A stretch of DNA of 45,464 nucleotides, taken from IMG/VR virus record IMGVR_UViG_3300006143_000028, one strand, 5' to 3'. Made by a program: the position numbers and the translations under genes. Below are positions 17,333-25,683 of the stretch, piece after piece (positions within the stretch are counted from its first letter, which is position 1; every line of letters begins with the position of its first letter). The stretch is from a virus. The notes under the pieces are model-generated. The model was given only the letters and a program-made list of their open reading frames with translations, was not told the DNA's origin and searched no databases.

Positions 17333-19321
17333 TCAGTCTTTTCTAAAGAATTGCCCCACCCAGCCGTCTGCGTTGAGGGGCAGGTCCGGGGCCCAGGAGA
17401 TAGGCCGCCGCATAATGTCCACCACCGTCTGGAGCATGGTGGCCTCATCTGTCCAGGGAGCCACATCAATGACCACCTCATCATGAACGTGGAACACCAC
17501 CGGCAGACCGGCGGCCTCCAGGCGCTCAATGGCATCCGCCAGACAGTCACGGGCAATGGCTTGGACACAGTTCTCCACCAGCTTGCCGCCATAGGTTTCA
17601 ATGCGTTTCCAGCGCTTGGTCTTTTGGTCCATGCCCATATAGGAGATGGAGGGCTTGCCCCATTCATTTTCACCGATGCCGGGGCTGGTATAGTAGAGCT
17701 TGCGCCCGGAGGGGAGGGTGATGCTCATGCAGTCTGTTCCCCAGTTGTAGTCATACTCATGGGACAGGATGAGCCCGTTGAGGCCAACGGAGCCGCCCTG
17801 GGTGATAACCTGCACGGCGGCGTTGTCCATGGAATACCACAGGTCACGGATGCGCTTGTTGGCCTCCCGCCAGCGGCCCACGATGTCCGGCAGGTCCTCC
17901 TCCGGGATGCCCATATCCAAGGCCCCCATGTTGATGAGTGCCCCGGTGCTGCCCTGATACCCCAGGGCCAGCTCCGCCACCTTGCCTTTTTGCCGCAGGG
18001 AATACTCAGGGTTTCCCTTTTTGATGCGCTCAAGAGGGACGCCAAACATTTGGGAGGCGCTGGCCTCATAGATTTTGCCGTGGGTGCGGAACACCTCCAG
18101 CCGCCATTGCTCACCGGCCAGCCAGGAGATGACACGGGCCTCAATAGCTGAAAAATCGGCGTCAATGAGGACGTGCCCCTCCGGGGCAACAAAAGCGGTG
18201 CGGATGAGCTGGCTGAGGGTATCAGGCACGGAGCCATAGACCATTTTGAGGGCCTTGAGGTTGCGCTGTCGTACAAGGTCACGGGCAAGGGCAAGGGGCT
18301 CTGTATAAGTGCGGGGGAGGTTTTGGACCTGCACAAGCCGCCCGGCCCAGCGCCCCGTGCGGTTGGCTCCATAGAATTGGAGCAGCCCACGGACCCGTCT
18401 GTCCGGGCACACGGCGGCCTCTATGGCGTCATATTTCTTGGTGGAGGTCTTGCCCAGCTCTTGGCGGATTTCAAGCATACGTTGGACCTGGGGGCTGTTG
18501 CTGTCCTGTTTCAGCAGCCGGGTCACCGTGTCCTTGCGCAAGTTCCCCAGCTCCTCCCCGGTTTCCTCCTGGAGCCAAGTGGTGAGCTGGGCCACGCTGT
18601 TGGGATTGTTCAGCCCGGAGATTTGCATGGCCTCCGATATGAGAGACTGGCGCACAGTGTCCCCCAGGTAGAGGGCCCCGGCTACCATCTCCATATCCAC
18701 CGCCACGCCACGGGCATTGATGATTAGGTCCGTTTCCCATTGCTTTTGCACCCAGTCAGGGACGGGGTAAGAGGCCAGCCGCCGGTCAATCTCCATTTCT
18801 GTGACCACATCCTGGCGGTTGTACTCTTTGAAAAGCTCCCATTTGGCGGGGTCGTGCTGGGGCAGGTTGCGGGTGCGGCCACCGTTGGCCTTTGAGGGGG
18901 CGCAGGGCGTACAGAAATAGCGGATGAGGGCTTTGCCGGTGTTCAGCTTGCGCTTGTCCTCCGGCAGCCCCAGAGCCCGCCCAGTGGCCTCCAGGCCCGC
19001 CGTATAGCCGCAATAAAGGCCGTGGAACATGGAGCACCGCCATTGGTCAGGCGGCAGCCAGCCCAGGAATTTGGACAAGCAGCCCCACTCAAAGGGGGCG
19101 TTGTAGGCGTGCTTGATAAACTCCGGGCTGGTGATGGCCTGGACCAGCCACGGGGGCAGATGCGCCCCCGTGGTCAGGTCTATCACCTCAACAGGTGCAC
19201 CATCCAGGCTGTACGCAAACAGCAGGATTTCAAAGTCCGGGCTGGATATGTACTTTTGAGCCCCGGCCTTTTTAATCGGGACGCTGGAAAAGGTTTCAAG
19301 GTCAATGCTCAGATGGTGCAT
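17333..19321 (-). CDS. Family A DNA polymerase with N-terminal 3'-5' exonuclease domain
   Basis: 662 aa. It has an Exo I-type IDLETFS, the PolA motifs DFSAIEARV and RQKGKVAELALGYQG, and VHDEVV. Confidence 0.9.
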   Translation of the reverse strand: MHHLSIDLETFSSVPIKKAGAQKYISSPDFEILLFAYSLDGAPVEVIDLTTGAHLPPWLVQAITSPEFIKHAYNAPFEWGCLSKFLGWLPPDQWRCSMFHGLYCGYTAGLEATGRALGLPEDKRKLNTGKALIRYFCTPCAPSKANGGRTRNLPQHDPAKWELFKEYNRQDVVTEMEIDRRLASYPVPDWVQKQWETDLIINARGVAVDMEMVAGALYLGDTVRQSLISEAMQISGLNNPNSVAQLTTWLQEETGEELGNLRKDTVTRLLKQDSNSPQVQRMLEIRQELGKTSTKKYDAIEAAVCPDRRVRGLLQFYGANRTGRWAGRLVQVQNLPRTYTEPLALARDLVRQRNLKALKMVYGSVPDTLSQLIRTAFVAPEGHVLIDADFSAIEARVISWLAGEQWRLEVFRTHGKIYEASASQMFGVPLERIKKGNPEYSLRQKGKVAELALGYQGSTGALINMGALDMGIPEEDLPDIVGRWREANKRIRDLWYSMDNAAVQVITQGGSVGLNGLILSHEYDYNWGTDCMSITLPSGRKLYYTSPGIGENEWGKPSISYMGMDQKTKRWKRIETYGGKLVENCVQAIARDCLADAIERLEAAGLPVVFHVHDEVVIDVAPWTDEATMLQTVVDIMRRPISWAPDLPLNADGWVGQFFRKD

Positions 19322-19333
19322 GATATCCTCCTG

Positions 19334-20065
19334 TTACATGGGCTGGCCGGTGATGGGATTGACGCCGCTGGCGGTGCTCCAGGGCGGCGTGGCAGCGGCA
19401 GGGCCGGGAGCGGGGGGCTGGTAAGCCGGGGCCGCAGGGGCGGCGGGGTTGACGCCGTAGGCCGGAGCCGTGGGAGCAGTAGGGTTGACGCCATAGGCCG
19501 GAGCCGCAGGGGCGGCACCCACACCGGCAAAGTCCACGGAGGCGGAGGCACCGCCAGCCAGGGCCTCACCGTCACGGGTTTTCATGACATTGCCCAGGCC
19601 GCAGCCGATGCCCTTATTGCCGCTGTTGGAGTAGCCGAAAAAGCGGATGGTGACACGGGCATACATCCCGCTGTAAATGTCAGCGGGGGACAGCTCACAG
19701 TTGATGTTGTCGATGCCCACCACCTGGGGCTTGTTCTTGGTGGAGGCGGTCATGACCCAGTGACCCTTGCACTCATCGCCAAAGGGCACCCCGGACTTGC
19801 GCACGCCGTCACCGTCCCAGATGGGCACGGAAAGCTGGGGCGGGCGGGCCCCGTTCCACACCTTGGACAGCGCCTCATTGGCGGCGGCCTGGATGGCGGC
19901 GTCAATGTCCGCCTTGGTGGCCACGTCTGTCTTGGGGATGAGCAGGGTGACGCTGTACTTGGGCTCCCCGCCCTGCTGGGCGGCCCTGGGGGTGGTCAGG
20001 TTGCAGTAGGACAGGCGGACCTCGCCGGTCAGCACTTTCATGGGGTCGTTCTGATACATAGTCAA
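19334..20065 (-). CDS. ssDNA-binding protein (DUF2815-like) with a Pro/Ala-rich repetitive tail
   Basis: N-terminus VLTGEVRLSYCNL...PKYSVTLLIPK. It occupies the conserved position between the DUF2800-like nuclease and the DNA polymerase. The C-terminus has a 12-aa repeat, YGVNPxAPxAPA. Confidence 0.6.
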   Translation of the reverse strand: MTMYQNDPMKVLTGEVRLSYCNLTTPRAAQQGGEPKYSVTLLIPKTDVATKADIDAAIQAAANEALSKVWNGARPPQLSVPIWDGDGVRKSGVPFGDECKGHWVMTASTKNKPQVVGIDNINCELSPADIYSGMYARVTIRFFGYSNSGNKGIGCGLGNVMKTRDGEALAGGASASVDFAGVGAAPAAPAYGVNPTAPTAPAYGVNPAAPAAPAYQPPAPGPAAATPPWSTASGVNPITGQPM

Positions 20066-20074
20066 TAATCTCCT

Positions 20075-20485
20075 TTACTTGATGTTCATTTTGTGTTTCG
20101 TATCATTCCAAAGAGCCTGGATTTTCACCCAGCGCTCATATTGGCTTTTGGCCTTTTTGACGGTCCTGGTGAGCTCATTATTGTGGGCCCGGATGGCGGC
20201 GGTCTTTTGGATTTGCGCTTTGGTCCGCCTCACGGTGGTGGGCTTTTCAATCAGCCGCCACTCTTGCTGGTATTTCACAGATACGGCGTGCCACGCCGCT
20301 TTGCTCCCCGGCACGATGCTCTCAAGAAAGAGCGTTGTGTCCTGGATAGCCCGCTCATTCACCCGGTCATCCCAGAGCATGAGCTTGAATATCTTGCGGA
20401 GGTTGTCCATGGGAAAGTCAATAAGTGCGGGCAGGAGGATGGTGGCGTGAAATGCGTCCTGGGAAAAGCTCACGGTGTCACACAT
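20075..20485 (-). CDS. Hypothetical protein
   Basis: The ATG at 20485 overlaps the upstream stop codon (ATGTGTGA). 136 aa with a basic C-terminus. Confidence 0.55.
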   Translation of the reverse strand: MCDTVSFSQDAFHATILLPALIDFPMDNLRKIFKLMLWDDRVNERAIQDTTLFLESIVPGSKAAWHAVSVKYQQEWRLIEKPTTVRRTKAQIQKTAAIRAHNNELTRTVKKAKSQYERWVKIQALWNDTKHKMNIK

Positions 20486-21710
20486 CCTGAGCCACCCCGG
20501 AAAAGTCAGCGGCGGCGGGGTTGTACGCCTCCCGCTTGTCAGAGGCCTCCGCCAGCTTGGGCTTGCCAAGGGGCTTGACCACATAGCTGCCCAGTTTCTC
20601 CGCAAACTCCGCCTTGCCCATCAATTTCTCAAGCTGGGCCAGGGTCTTGGGCTTGCGGTCATAGACCAGGGCCTCATCATAGCCCGCCTCAATGACGGCC
20701 TTGATGGCGGCGTCCTGGTCCGTAAAGGCCCGGTCACTCCGCCCGGCCACCAATTTCCAGCCGGGGATGGGCTTGCCGTTCAGCAGGGCCGTGGTGGCGT
20801 ATTCCTCCAGGTCTGCATACCACTTGACCAGCAGCTTGCCCCGGATGAGCAGGTCCCCAATTTCCTCATCCGTGAGGAGGGCGGGGGCCTCCATTCCGCT
20901 GGCCGTGGCGGCCTCCATGGATTGCTTTTCCTCCGGGGTGAGGGAGCCAGCGGGGACGCACCCGGCAAAGTCCTCCAGGGCGGTGTTGACGTTAGCACGG
21001 GCCCGGCACTGGGCCTTGCCCCGGCAAAAGCGGCAATGGTCACCGGGGACAAACTCACCCAGGCCGGAAAAGGCCTTTTGCGCAGCGGGCTTGATGCTTT
21101 CTCCCCAGGCCCGCAGCTCCTCCACCGTGATGGTGTCCGTGGTGTAGCTGTCAAGGCGGGGTTGGTCAATGCTCATGCGGACCTTTTTGATGGTGTCCCC
21201 AAAAATGGGAGCGTAGCGCTTGAGGGCCCCCAGGGCGTAAAGCCGCATCTGGGGGTTGCCCTCAGCGGACACGGGGACGCCCTTGCCGTGCTTGTAGTCC
21301 GTGATGCAAAGGGTATCTCCGCCAATCATCACGCAGTCACAGGTGCCAAAGCCCTCCGGCACATAGTCCGCAAAGTCCACCTTGACCTCAGCGGCCACCG
21401 TGGGGGAGCTGTTGTAGGTCATGGCCTGCTCCAGCAGGTGCTCCAGGTAGAGGTCCGTGGTCTTGTCCATCTCCGGGTCATAAAGCTCCTCTTTCTTGAG
21501 CTTATTGAGCCGGGAGTTAAAGGTGCGGTTGGTCATGATGGTAAACTTTTTGAGGACCTTGAGCTCCGCAATGGCGTGAGCCAGACGGCCCTCCTCCGCA
21601 TAGCTGCTGGTGCTCTCCGGCAGCCCCTCCTCAAAGCGGGGGGCCGCCGTGCATACCAGCCAGCGGGAGGCGGATGATGCGGAAAGCAAAGCGTGTTTCT
21701 CAGGAGGCAT
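20478..21710 (-). CDS. PD-(D/E)xK nuclease, DUF2800/Cas4-like
   Basis: N-terminus HALLSASSASRWLVC, and a C-terminal Cys cluster DHCRFCRGKAQC. The ATG at 21710 is preceded by GGGAGGT. Confidence 0.65.
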   Translation of the reverse strand: MPPEKHALLSASSASRWLVCTAAPRFEEGLPESTSSYAEEGRLAHAIAELKVLKKFTIMTNRTFNSRLNKLKKEELYDPEMDKTTDLYLEHLLEQAMTYNSSPTVAAEVKVDFADYVPEGFGTCDCVMIGGDTLCITDYKHGKGVPVSAEGNPQMRLYALGALKRYAPIFGDTIKKVRMSIDQPRLDSYTTDTITVEELRAWGESIKPAAQKAFSGLGEFVPGDHCRFCRGKAQCRARANVNTALEDFAGCVPAGSLTPEEKQSMEAATASGMEAPALLTDEEIGDLLIRGKLLVKWYADLEEYATTALLNGKPIPGWKLVAGRSDRAFTDQDAAIKAVIEAGYDEALVYDRKPKTLAQLEKLMGKAEFAEKLGSYVVKPLGKPKLAEASDKREAYNPAAADFSGVAQDV

Positions 21711-21834
21711 GGGGCACCTCCCTGGACTTCTGCCGCTGGCGGCGCTCATTGGCCTTGGATTTCTGCTTGCTGTCGGCCCGGAGGTTGCTGAAAAACAGCC
21801 GCCTCCGCTCCTTGCGTCCGTGGGATTTCTTCAT
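21700..21834 (-). CDS. Possible small highly basic protein (44 aa)
   Basis: Sequence MKKSHGRKERRRLFF.... It has a strong RBS (TTAGGAGGTGCCC-ATG) and fills the gap between neighbouring genes. Confidence 0.4.
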   Translation of the reverse strand: MKKSHGRKERRRLFFSNLRADSKQKSKANERRQRQKSREVPHAS

Positions 21835-21844
21835 GGGGCACCTC

Positions 21845-22270
21845 CTAAATCTGAGCGCCCAGGGCCCGCAGCTCCGTGGCAAAGACGCCATACTGAGCGG
21901 GCTGGAGCTGAGTGATGGCCTGGACGCCGTACTTGGTCAGCAGGGCCAGCAGGGGCTCCATCTTCCCGGCGTCCACCAGGGCGGCACCGGCCTTGGAGAT
22001 TTGGTCCAAGGTGTAGGTGGGGGCACCGGCAACGGGCATGACAGGGGCCGCCGGAGCGGCGGGGGCCACAGGAGCCGCCACAGGGGGCGCAGCGGGAGCG
22101 GGGCCGGGCGTCTGGGGCATGACCGGGGCGGGCCCCGTGGCGGGAGCGGGCATCTGGGGCCGGGGGGCATCCGGGGTCAGGATGTTGGGGTCCACCGCAA
22201 TGGCGGCGGCCAGCTTTTCCACAGCGGCGGCCAGGTCCGGCACCTCAATCTTGATTTTCATTTCCATCAT
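21845..22270 (-). CDS. Hypothetical protein with a Pro/Ala-rich linker
   Basis: The ATG at 22270 is preceded by AAGGAGGA. 141 aa. Confidence 0.6.
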   Translation of the reverse strand: MMEMKIKIEVPDLAAAVEKLAAAIAVDPNILTPDAPRPQMPAPATGPAPVMPQTPGPAPAAPPVAAPVAPAAPAAPVMPVAGAPTYTLDQISKAGAALVDAGKMEPLLALLTKYGVQAITQLQPAQYGVFATELRALGAQI

Positions 22271-22364
22271 TGATATAATCCTCCTTGTTTTCAGATTGAC
22301 AGTCACAGAGCTCACAGGGGTCAAGGTGCGCCCCACAATAGGGGCAGGTGGTGAAATAGGGCAT
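22245..22364 (-). CDS. Possible small 4-Cys zinc-ribbon peptide (39 aa, below the ORF-track cutoff)
   Basis: Hand translation gives MPYFTTCPYCGAHLDPCELCDCQSENKEDYINDGNENQD. The RBS is TTTGGAGGACTGACCC-ATG. Confidence 0.4.
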   Translation of the reverse strand: MPYFTTCPYCGAHLDPCELCDCQSENKEDYINDGNENQD

Positions 22365-22367
22365 GGG

Positions 22368-23033
22368 TCAGTCCTCCAAAATGCTTGTCCAATGTTCAAG
22401 GGCGGTCATGACCTTGCGGGTGTAGTCCGTTTGATAGACGCCAGCATCCCAGAGCTTTCTTGCGCCGGTGGGGCCGTTGTTATAGGCCATCAGGGCTTGC
22501 TCTGTGTCCCCGTAGCGCTCAAGATAACCGCCGATGATGTAGACACCGGCCTCAATGTTTCCGGCATAGGTCAACGGGTCCATGCCAAGGCCCTGGAGCC
22601 ATTCGTGGTTTACTTGGTTTATCTGCATGAGGCCATAATCATGGGTGGGGCTCACGGCGTCCGGGTCAAAGTGGGTTTCCACCTCAGCGATGGCCAGCGC
22701 CAGGGCATAGGGCACGCCGTAGGTCTCACACTGGTCCTGCATGAGCTCCTGGAGGTCATAGGCCAGGAGCCGCCCGTCACTCACGATGTCATCCCGATGC
22801 CTCACCGGCTCCGGCGTTTCAGCCGGAGCGGTGGAGGCGCTGGTGGGCTCCTGGGACGGGGTGACCGTGGCCACCGGGGGCTTGTCCTCCAGCAGAGCGT
22901 CAAAAATAAAGTTTAAGGTGAGGGCGGAGACTGTGAGGCCCAGCGCAATGGCCAGCACGATGGAGGCAAGGACCAGCGCCACGGGCCGGAGGTCACGCTT
23001 GGCCAGGCGGCGGGGACGGTAGGCGGCCATCAT
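22368..23033 (-). CDS. Membrane-anchored lytic transglycosylase (SLT domain)
   Basis: N-terminal TM segment VALVLASIVLAIALGLTVSAL. SLT motifs AIAEVETHF, GLMQIN and AYNNG. Confidence 0.8.
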   Translation of the reverse strand: MMAAYRPRRLAKRDLRPVALVLASIVLAIALGLTVSALTLNFIFDALLEDKPPVATVTPSQEPTSASTAPAETPEPVRHRDDIVSDGRLLAYDLQELMQDQCETYGVPYALALAIAEVETHFDPDAVSPTHDYGLMQINQVNHEWLQGLGMDPLTYAGNIEAGVYIIGGYLERYGDTEQALMAYNNGPTGARKLWDAGVYQTDYTRKVMTALEHWTSILED

Positions 23034-23854
23034 GTATTCATCCGGCGGTTGACCTCCGCCACCAGCTCATTGGTGCTGTACTGCTCCAGCGGGTTGCTGT
23101 CATCCTCCACCGTGTAATCGGAGGGAATGAGGAAAGCGGGGCGGGACCCGCGGGTGCGGGAGCAGTTGCCGCTGCTGAGGTCGCCACTGGAGTTCAAGCC
23201 AAGGACCCACGTATGGTCATCATCCACGCAGGGCGTGGACCAGGGCGTCACGGACCACTCAAAGGCCTCCTCATCATTCGGGTTGGGCAGGATGCCGTGG
23301 TACTTGCGCAGCTCATCCAGGGTGAGCGGGGCCACCTTGCACTCCACCGTCCCGTACTCCTTGGAGCCGTTGAGGGCGGTGAGGTCCACCGTGCGGGTGA
23401 TGACCTCATCCGGGTGGCCTTGGGTCAAGCCGTCCAAGTAGACGCCGTTGAGGTGGGAGCGGAGGGAGCTGGCGGCAAAGTTGTTGGTATCGCCAAACGC
23501 CCGCTTGACCCACTCCGTGTCCATGAGCAGGGTGCCGTCCTTGCGGTGCTCCAGAACAATGCAGAGCTCCCCACGGTAGGAGATGACCTTGCCGGGGGCG
23601 ATAGCGGAAACAGGGGTTTTCATGTACTTGTCCTCCTTGTAGATGTAAATGGCGGGGCGGGCCTCCCGCTCCACGGTTTTGTTGTTCTCATAGACGGGGC
23701 CGGTGCCGGTCCACTCATAGTCACACTCCGGGCCGATGAGGACGCCGCACAGCTTATGCGTGGCCTCATCATTGGTGGGAGCCCAGACGTGAACGTCCAG
23801 CCGGGTCCCGGTGGCTTTGTGGCGCAGGCCAACGCTCCATTTGTACTCTTTCAT
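23030..23854 (-). CDS. DGR target protein 2 (paralog of the ligand-binding domain of target 1; carries VR2)
   Basis: 274 aa. It shares the ...NxxxxSxLRxxLNG... and ...C-S-x-T-x-GSRPAF architecture with ORF 29768..31585. Its 3' region holds a 64-bp match to the TR. Confidence 0.7.
   Translation of the reverse strand: MKEYKWSVGLRHKATGTRLDVHVWAPTNDEATHKLCGVLIGPECDYEWTGTGPVYENNKTVEREARPAIYIYKEDKYMKTPVSAIAPGKVISYRGELCIVLEHRKDGTLLMDTEWVKRAFGDTNNFAASSLRSHLNGVYLDGLTQGHPDEVITRTVDLTALNGSKEYGTVECKVAPLTLDELRKYHGILPNPNDEEAFEWSVTPWSTPCVDDDHTWVLGLNSSGDLSSGNCSRTRGSRPAFLIPSDYTVEDDSNPLEQYSTNELVAEVNRRMNT
23135..23198 (-). repeat. DGR variable region VR2
   Basis: 64 bp align without gaps to TR 32834-32897. All 10 mismatches fall at TR adenines on the coding strand. 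It has the same GC-rich 3' end, GGGTCCCGCCCCGCT. Confidence 0.75.
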
Positions 23855-23857
23855 GGA

Positions 23858-24058
23858 TTAGTCATCCTCCGTTTCAATGGTGATGATGTTCTCAGCCTGG
23901 ACGATGATGTCCGACACGATTTGACGGATGGGCAGGCCGGTCTTGGCCTTGAGGCGGCGGACTACTTTCTCCGCCTCCGGGGTGAGGCGGACCGTGCCGA
24001 TGCACTCCATACCCCGCCCACCCGCTTTGAGCACAATGGCGTTTTCGCTTTTGCTCAT
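23858..24058 (-). CDS. Hypothetical protein
   Basis: 66-aa ORF in the early operon. Confidence 0.5.
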   Translation of the reverse strand: MSKSENAIVLKAGGRGMECIGTVRLTPEAEKVVRRLKAKTGLPIRQIVSDIIVQAENIITIETEDD

Positions 24059-24107
24059 AGGGTTGTCCTCCTTGGTTTTTTGGGCTTGTGTGGTGCGGGT
24101 CTATGCC

Positions 24108-24362
24108 TCATCGGCAGCTCTGCGTTCCCCTCCGCTCAAGCTCCTGCTGCATAGTGAGCTGGGCCCGTGCGGCGTCATACTTGAGGCGCTGGTCCGGGAG
24201 CCTGTCCCCGGTGCGGCCCCGCCGCAGTTCGGTGTAAACCGTGGAGAGAGGCACCTTTAAGGCCGCCGCCAGGTCCTTGGCGGTGTTGCCCTGTTCCCAC
24301 AGGGTTTGGAGGTCTTTCCGGGCTTGGAGCGTGCGGAAAGCGTAGCCTGCCATGCGTTTCAC
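24108..24362 (-). CDS. HTH DNA-binding protein (resembles the N-terminal HTH of IS30-type transposases)
   Basis: LQTLWEQGNTAKDLAAALKVPLSTVYTELRRGR parallels LERMLRKGFSKPAIAEALGKCERSIYYEIGRG of the adjacent transposase. Confidence 0.55.
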   Translation of the reverse strand: MKRMAGYAFRTLQARKDLQTLWEQGNTAKDLAAALKVPLSTVYTELRRGRTGDRLPDQRLKYDAARAQLTMQQELERRGTQSCR

Positions 24363-24376
24363 CTCTTTTCTGGCAT

Positions 24377-24418
24377 AAAAAAAATGATTTGCTGGCCCCT
24401 TTTGGGTGCCTGCAAATC
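24377..24418 (-). terminator. Rho-independent terminator between the transposase region and the early operon
   Basis: Minus strand reads GATTTGCAGGCACCC-AAAA-GGGGCCAGCAAATC, followed by A then T8. Confidence 0.6.
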
Positions 24419-24594
24419 AAGTATGAGGGTTGCCTCCCCTAAAAGTCAAGAGAAATTTGCAAAAGACAAGAAAGAATAGCACCTTGCATAAGTGAGGCGG
24501 GCATATTTTATGCGTTTTCACAACAAAATGACATGACAAGCCAGCCGGATGGGTCAATCCCATTCGGCTGGTACGCTTATATAGGACCGGGGCG

Positions 24595-25635
24595 TTACGC
24601 CGCCTGGAGCTCCTGGTCAAAGAGCATGGTGGCGGACTTCCAGCCCAGTATCTTGCGGGGGTAGTTGTTGACCCACCGCTCCGCTGCCATCACCTCCTCC
24701 TTTGTGACCTCATCAAAGTTGGTGCCTTTGGGGAAAAACCGTCTAATCAGCCGGTTCATGTTCTCATTGCTGCCCCGCTCATAGGCGCTGTACGGGTGGC
24801 AGAAAAACACAATAGTCCGCTTGCCCTTGCGCCGGTGGGACATCTCTATGCCCTCGAAGTCTTGAAACTCACAGCCGTTGTCAACGGTGATGCTCTTAAA
24901 AAGTTTATAGAACAGTTTACCAAAGCGCCGCTCCAGGCTATTGATGGCCTTGACCACGCTGGCCGCCGTGTGGTCCTCCACCAGCAGGACAATCCCCATG
25001 CGGGTCCTCCGCTCTGTCAGCACCAGGAGGGCTTGCTTGGAGCCCTTGCACCCCATAACGCTGTCCATCTCCCAGTGCCCAAAACTGCCCCGGCTCTTGA
25101 CCTCCTCCGGGCGCTTTTCGATGCTCTGGCCACGGGGAGCCCTGGCCGCCTCCTTTTTGCTCTTGGCGGCGTAGTGGCGGCGGCCTTTGTCATGCAGGTG
25201 CTCCGGGGTCAGAAAGAGGAACACGTCCCCACGGTAGATGTAATTATAGACCGTATTCTCACAGATTTCCGTGTCAAAATGCTCTCCGTTGTTTCGGATT
25301 TCCGCAAGGGCGGCACCAGGGGCAAAGCCTTGGACCATGATGAGCTCCTCCAGCCGTTGGACCAGGGCGTGGTCATGGCCGATTTTGAGCTCCTTGCCCT
25401 TTTCCTTGAGGAAAGCCTTGTATTTGCGGTGTGCCACGTCCGCACAATAGACCTCAACGTCAATGAGGTCCGTGGTGCGCTGGACGCACAGGCCCCGGCC
25501 TATTTCATAGTAGATAGACCGTTCACACTTGCCCAGGGCCTCCGCAATAGCGGGCTTTGAAAAGCCTTTTCTCAGCATCCGCTCCAGGGTCTGCCGGTCA
25601 TTGAGTGTGAAATGGGTGGCTCCTTTGTGGTTCAT
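24595..25635 (-). CDS. IS30-family DDE transposase
   Basis: 346 aa with an N-terminal HTH. The catalytic region includes GHWEMD, ITVDNGCEF and HPYSAYERGSNENMNRLIRRFFPKGTNF. Confidence 0.9.
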   Translation of the reverse strand: MNHKGATHFTLNDRQTLERMLRKGFSKPAIAEALGKCERSIYYEIGRGLCVQRTTDLIDVEVYCADVAHRKYKAFLKEKGKELKIGHDHALVQRLEELIMVQGFAPGAALAEIRNNGEHFDTEICENTVYNYIYRGDVFLFLTPEHLHDKGRRHYAAKSKKEAARAPRGQSIEKRPEEVKSRGSFGHWEMDSVMGCKGSKQALLVLTERRTRMGIVLLVEDHTAASVVKAINSLERRFGKLFYKLFKSITVDNGCEFQDFEGIEMSHRRKGKRTIVFFCHPYSAYERGSNENMNRLIRRFFPKGTNFDEVTKEEVMAAERWVNNYPRKILGWKSATMLFDQELQAA

Positions 25636-25650
25636 TTATAGCACCTCCAG

Positions 25651-25683
25651 AAAATAAGAAAAGCGGGGCTGTTCACCCCGCTT
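25651..25683 (-). terminator. Rho-independent terminator of the XRE gene (the stop codon lies in the loop)
   Basis: Minus strand reads AAGCGGGG-TGAACAG-CCCCGCTT, followed by TTCTTATTTT. Confidence 0.6.

Noticed and set aside
24417-24620. 67-aa ORF downstream of the transposase
   Set aside because: It lies in AT-rich non-coding DNA containing hairpins and promoter-like elements and overlaps the transposase stop. There is no RBS.
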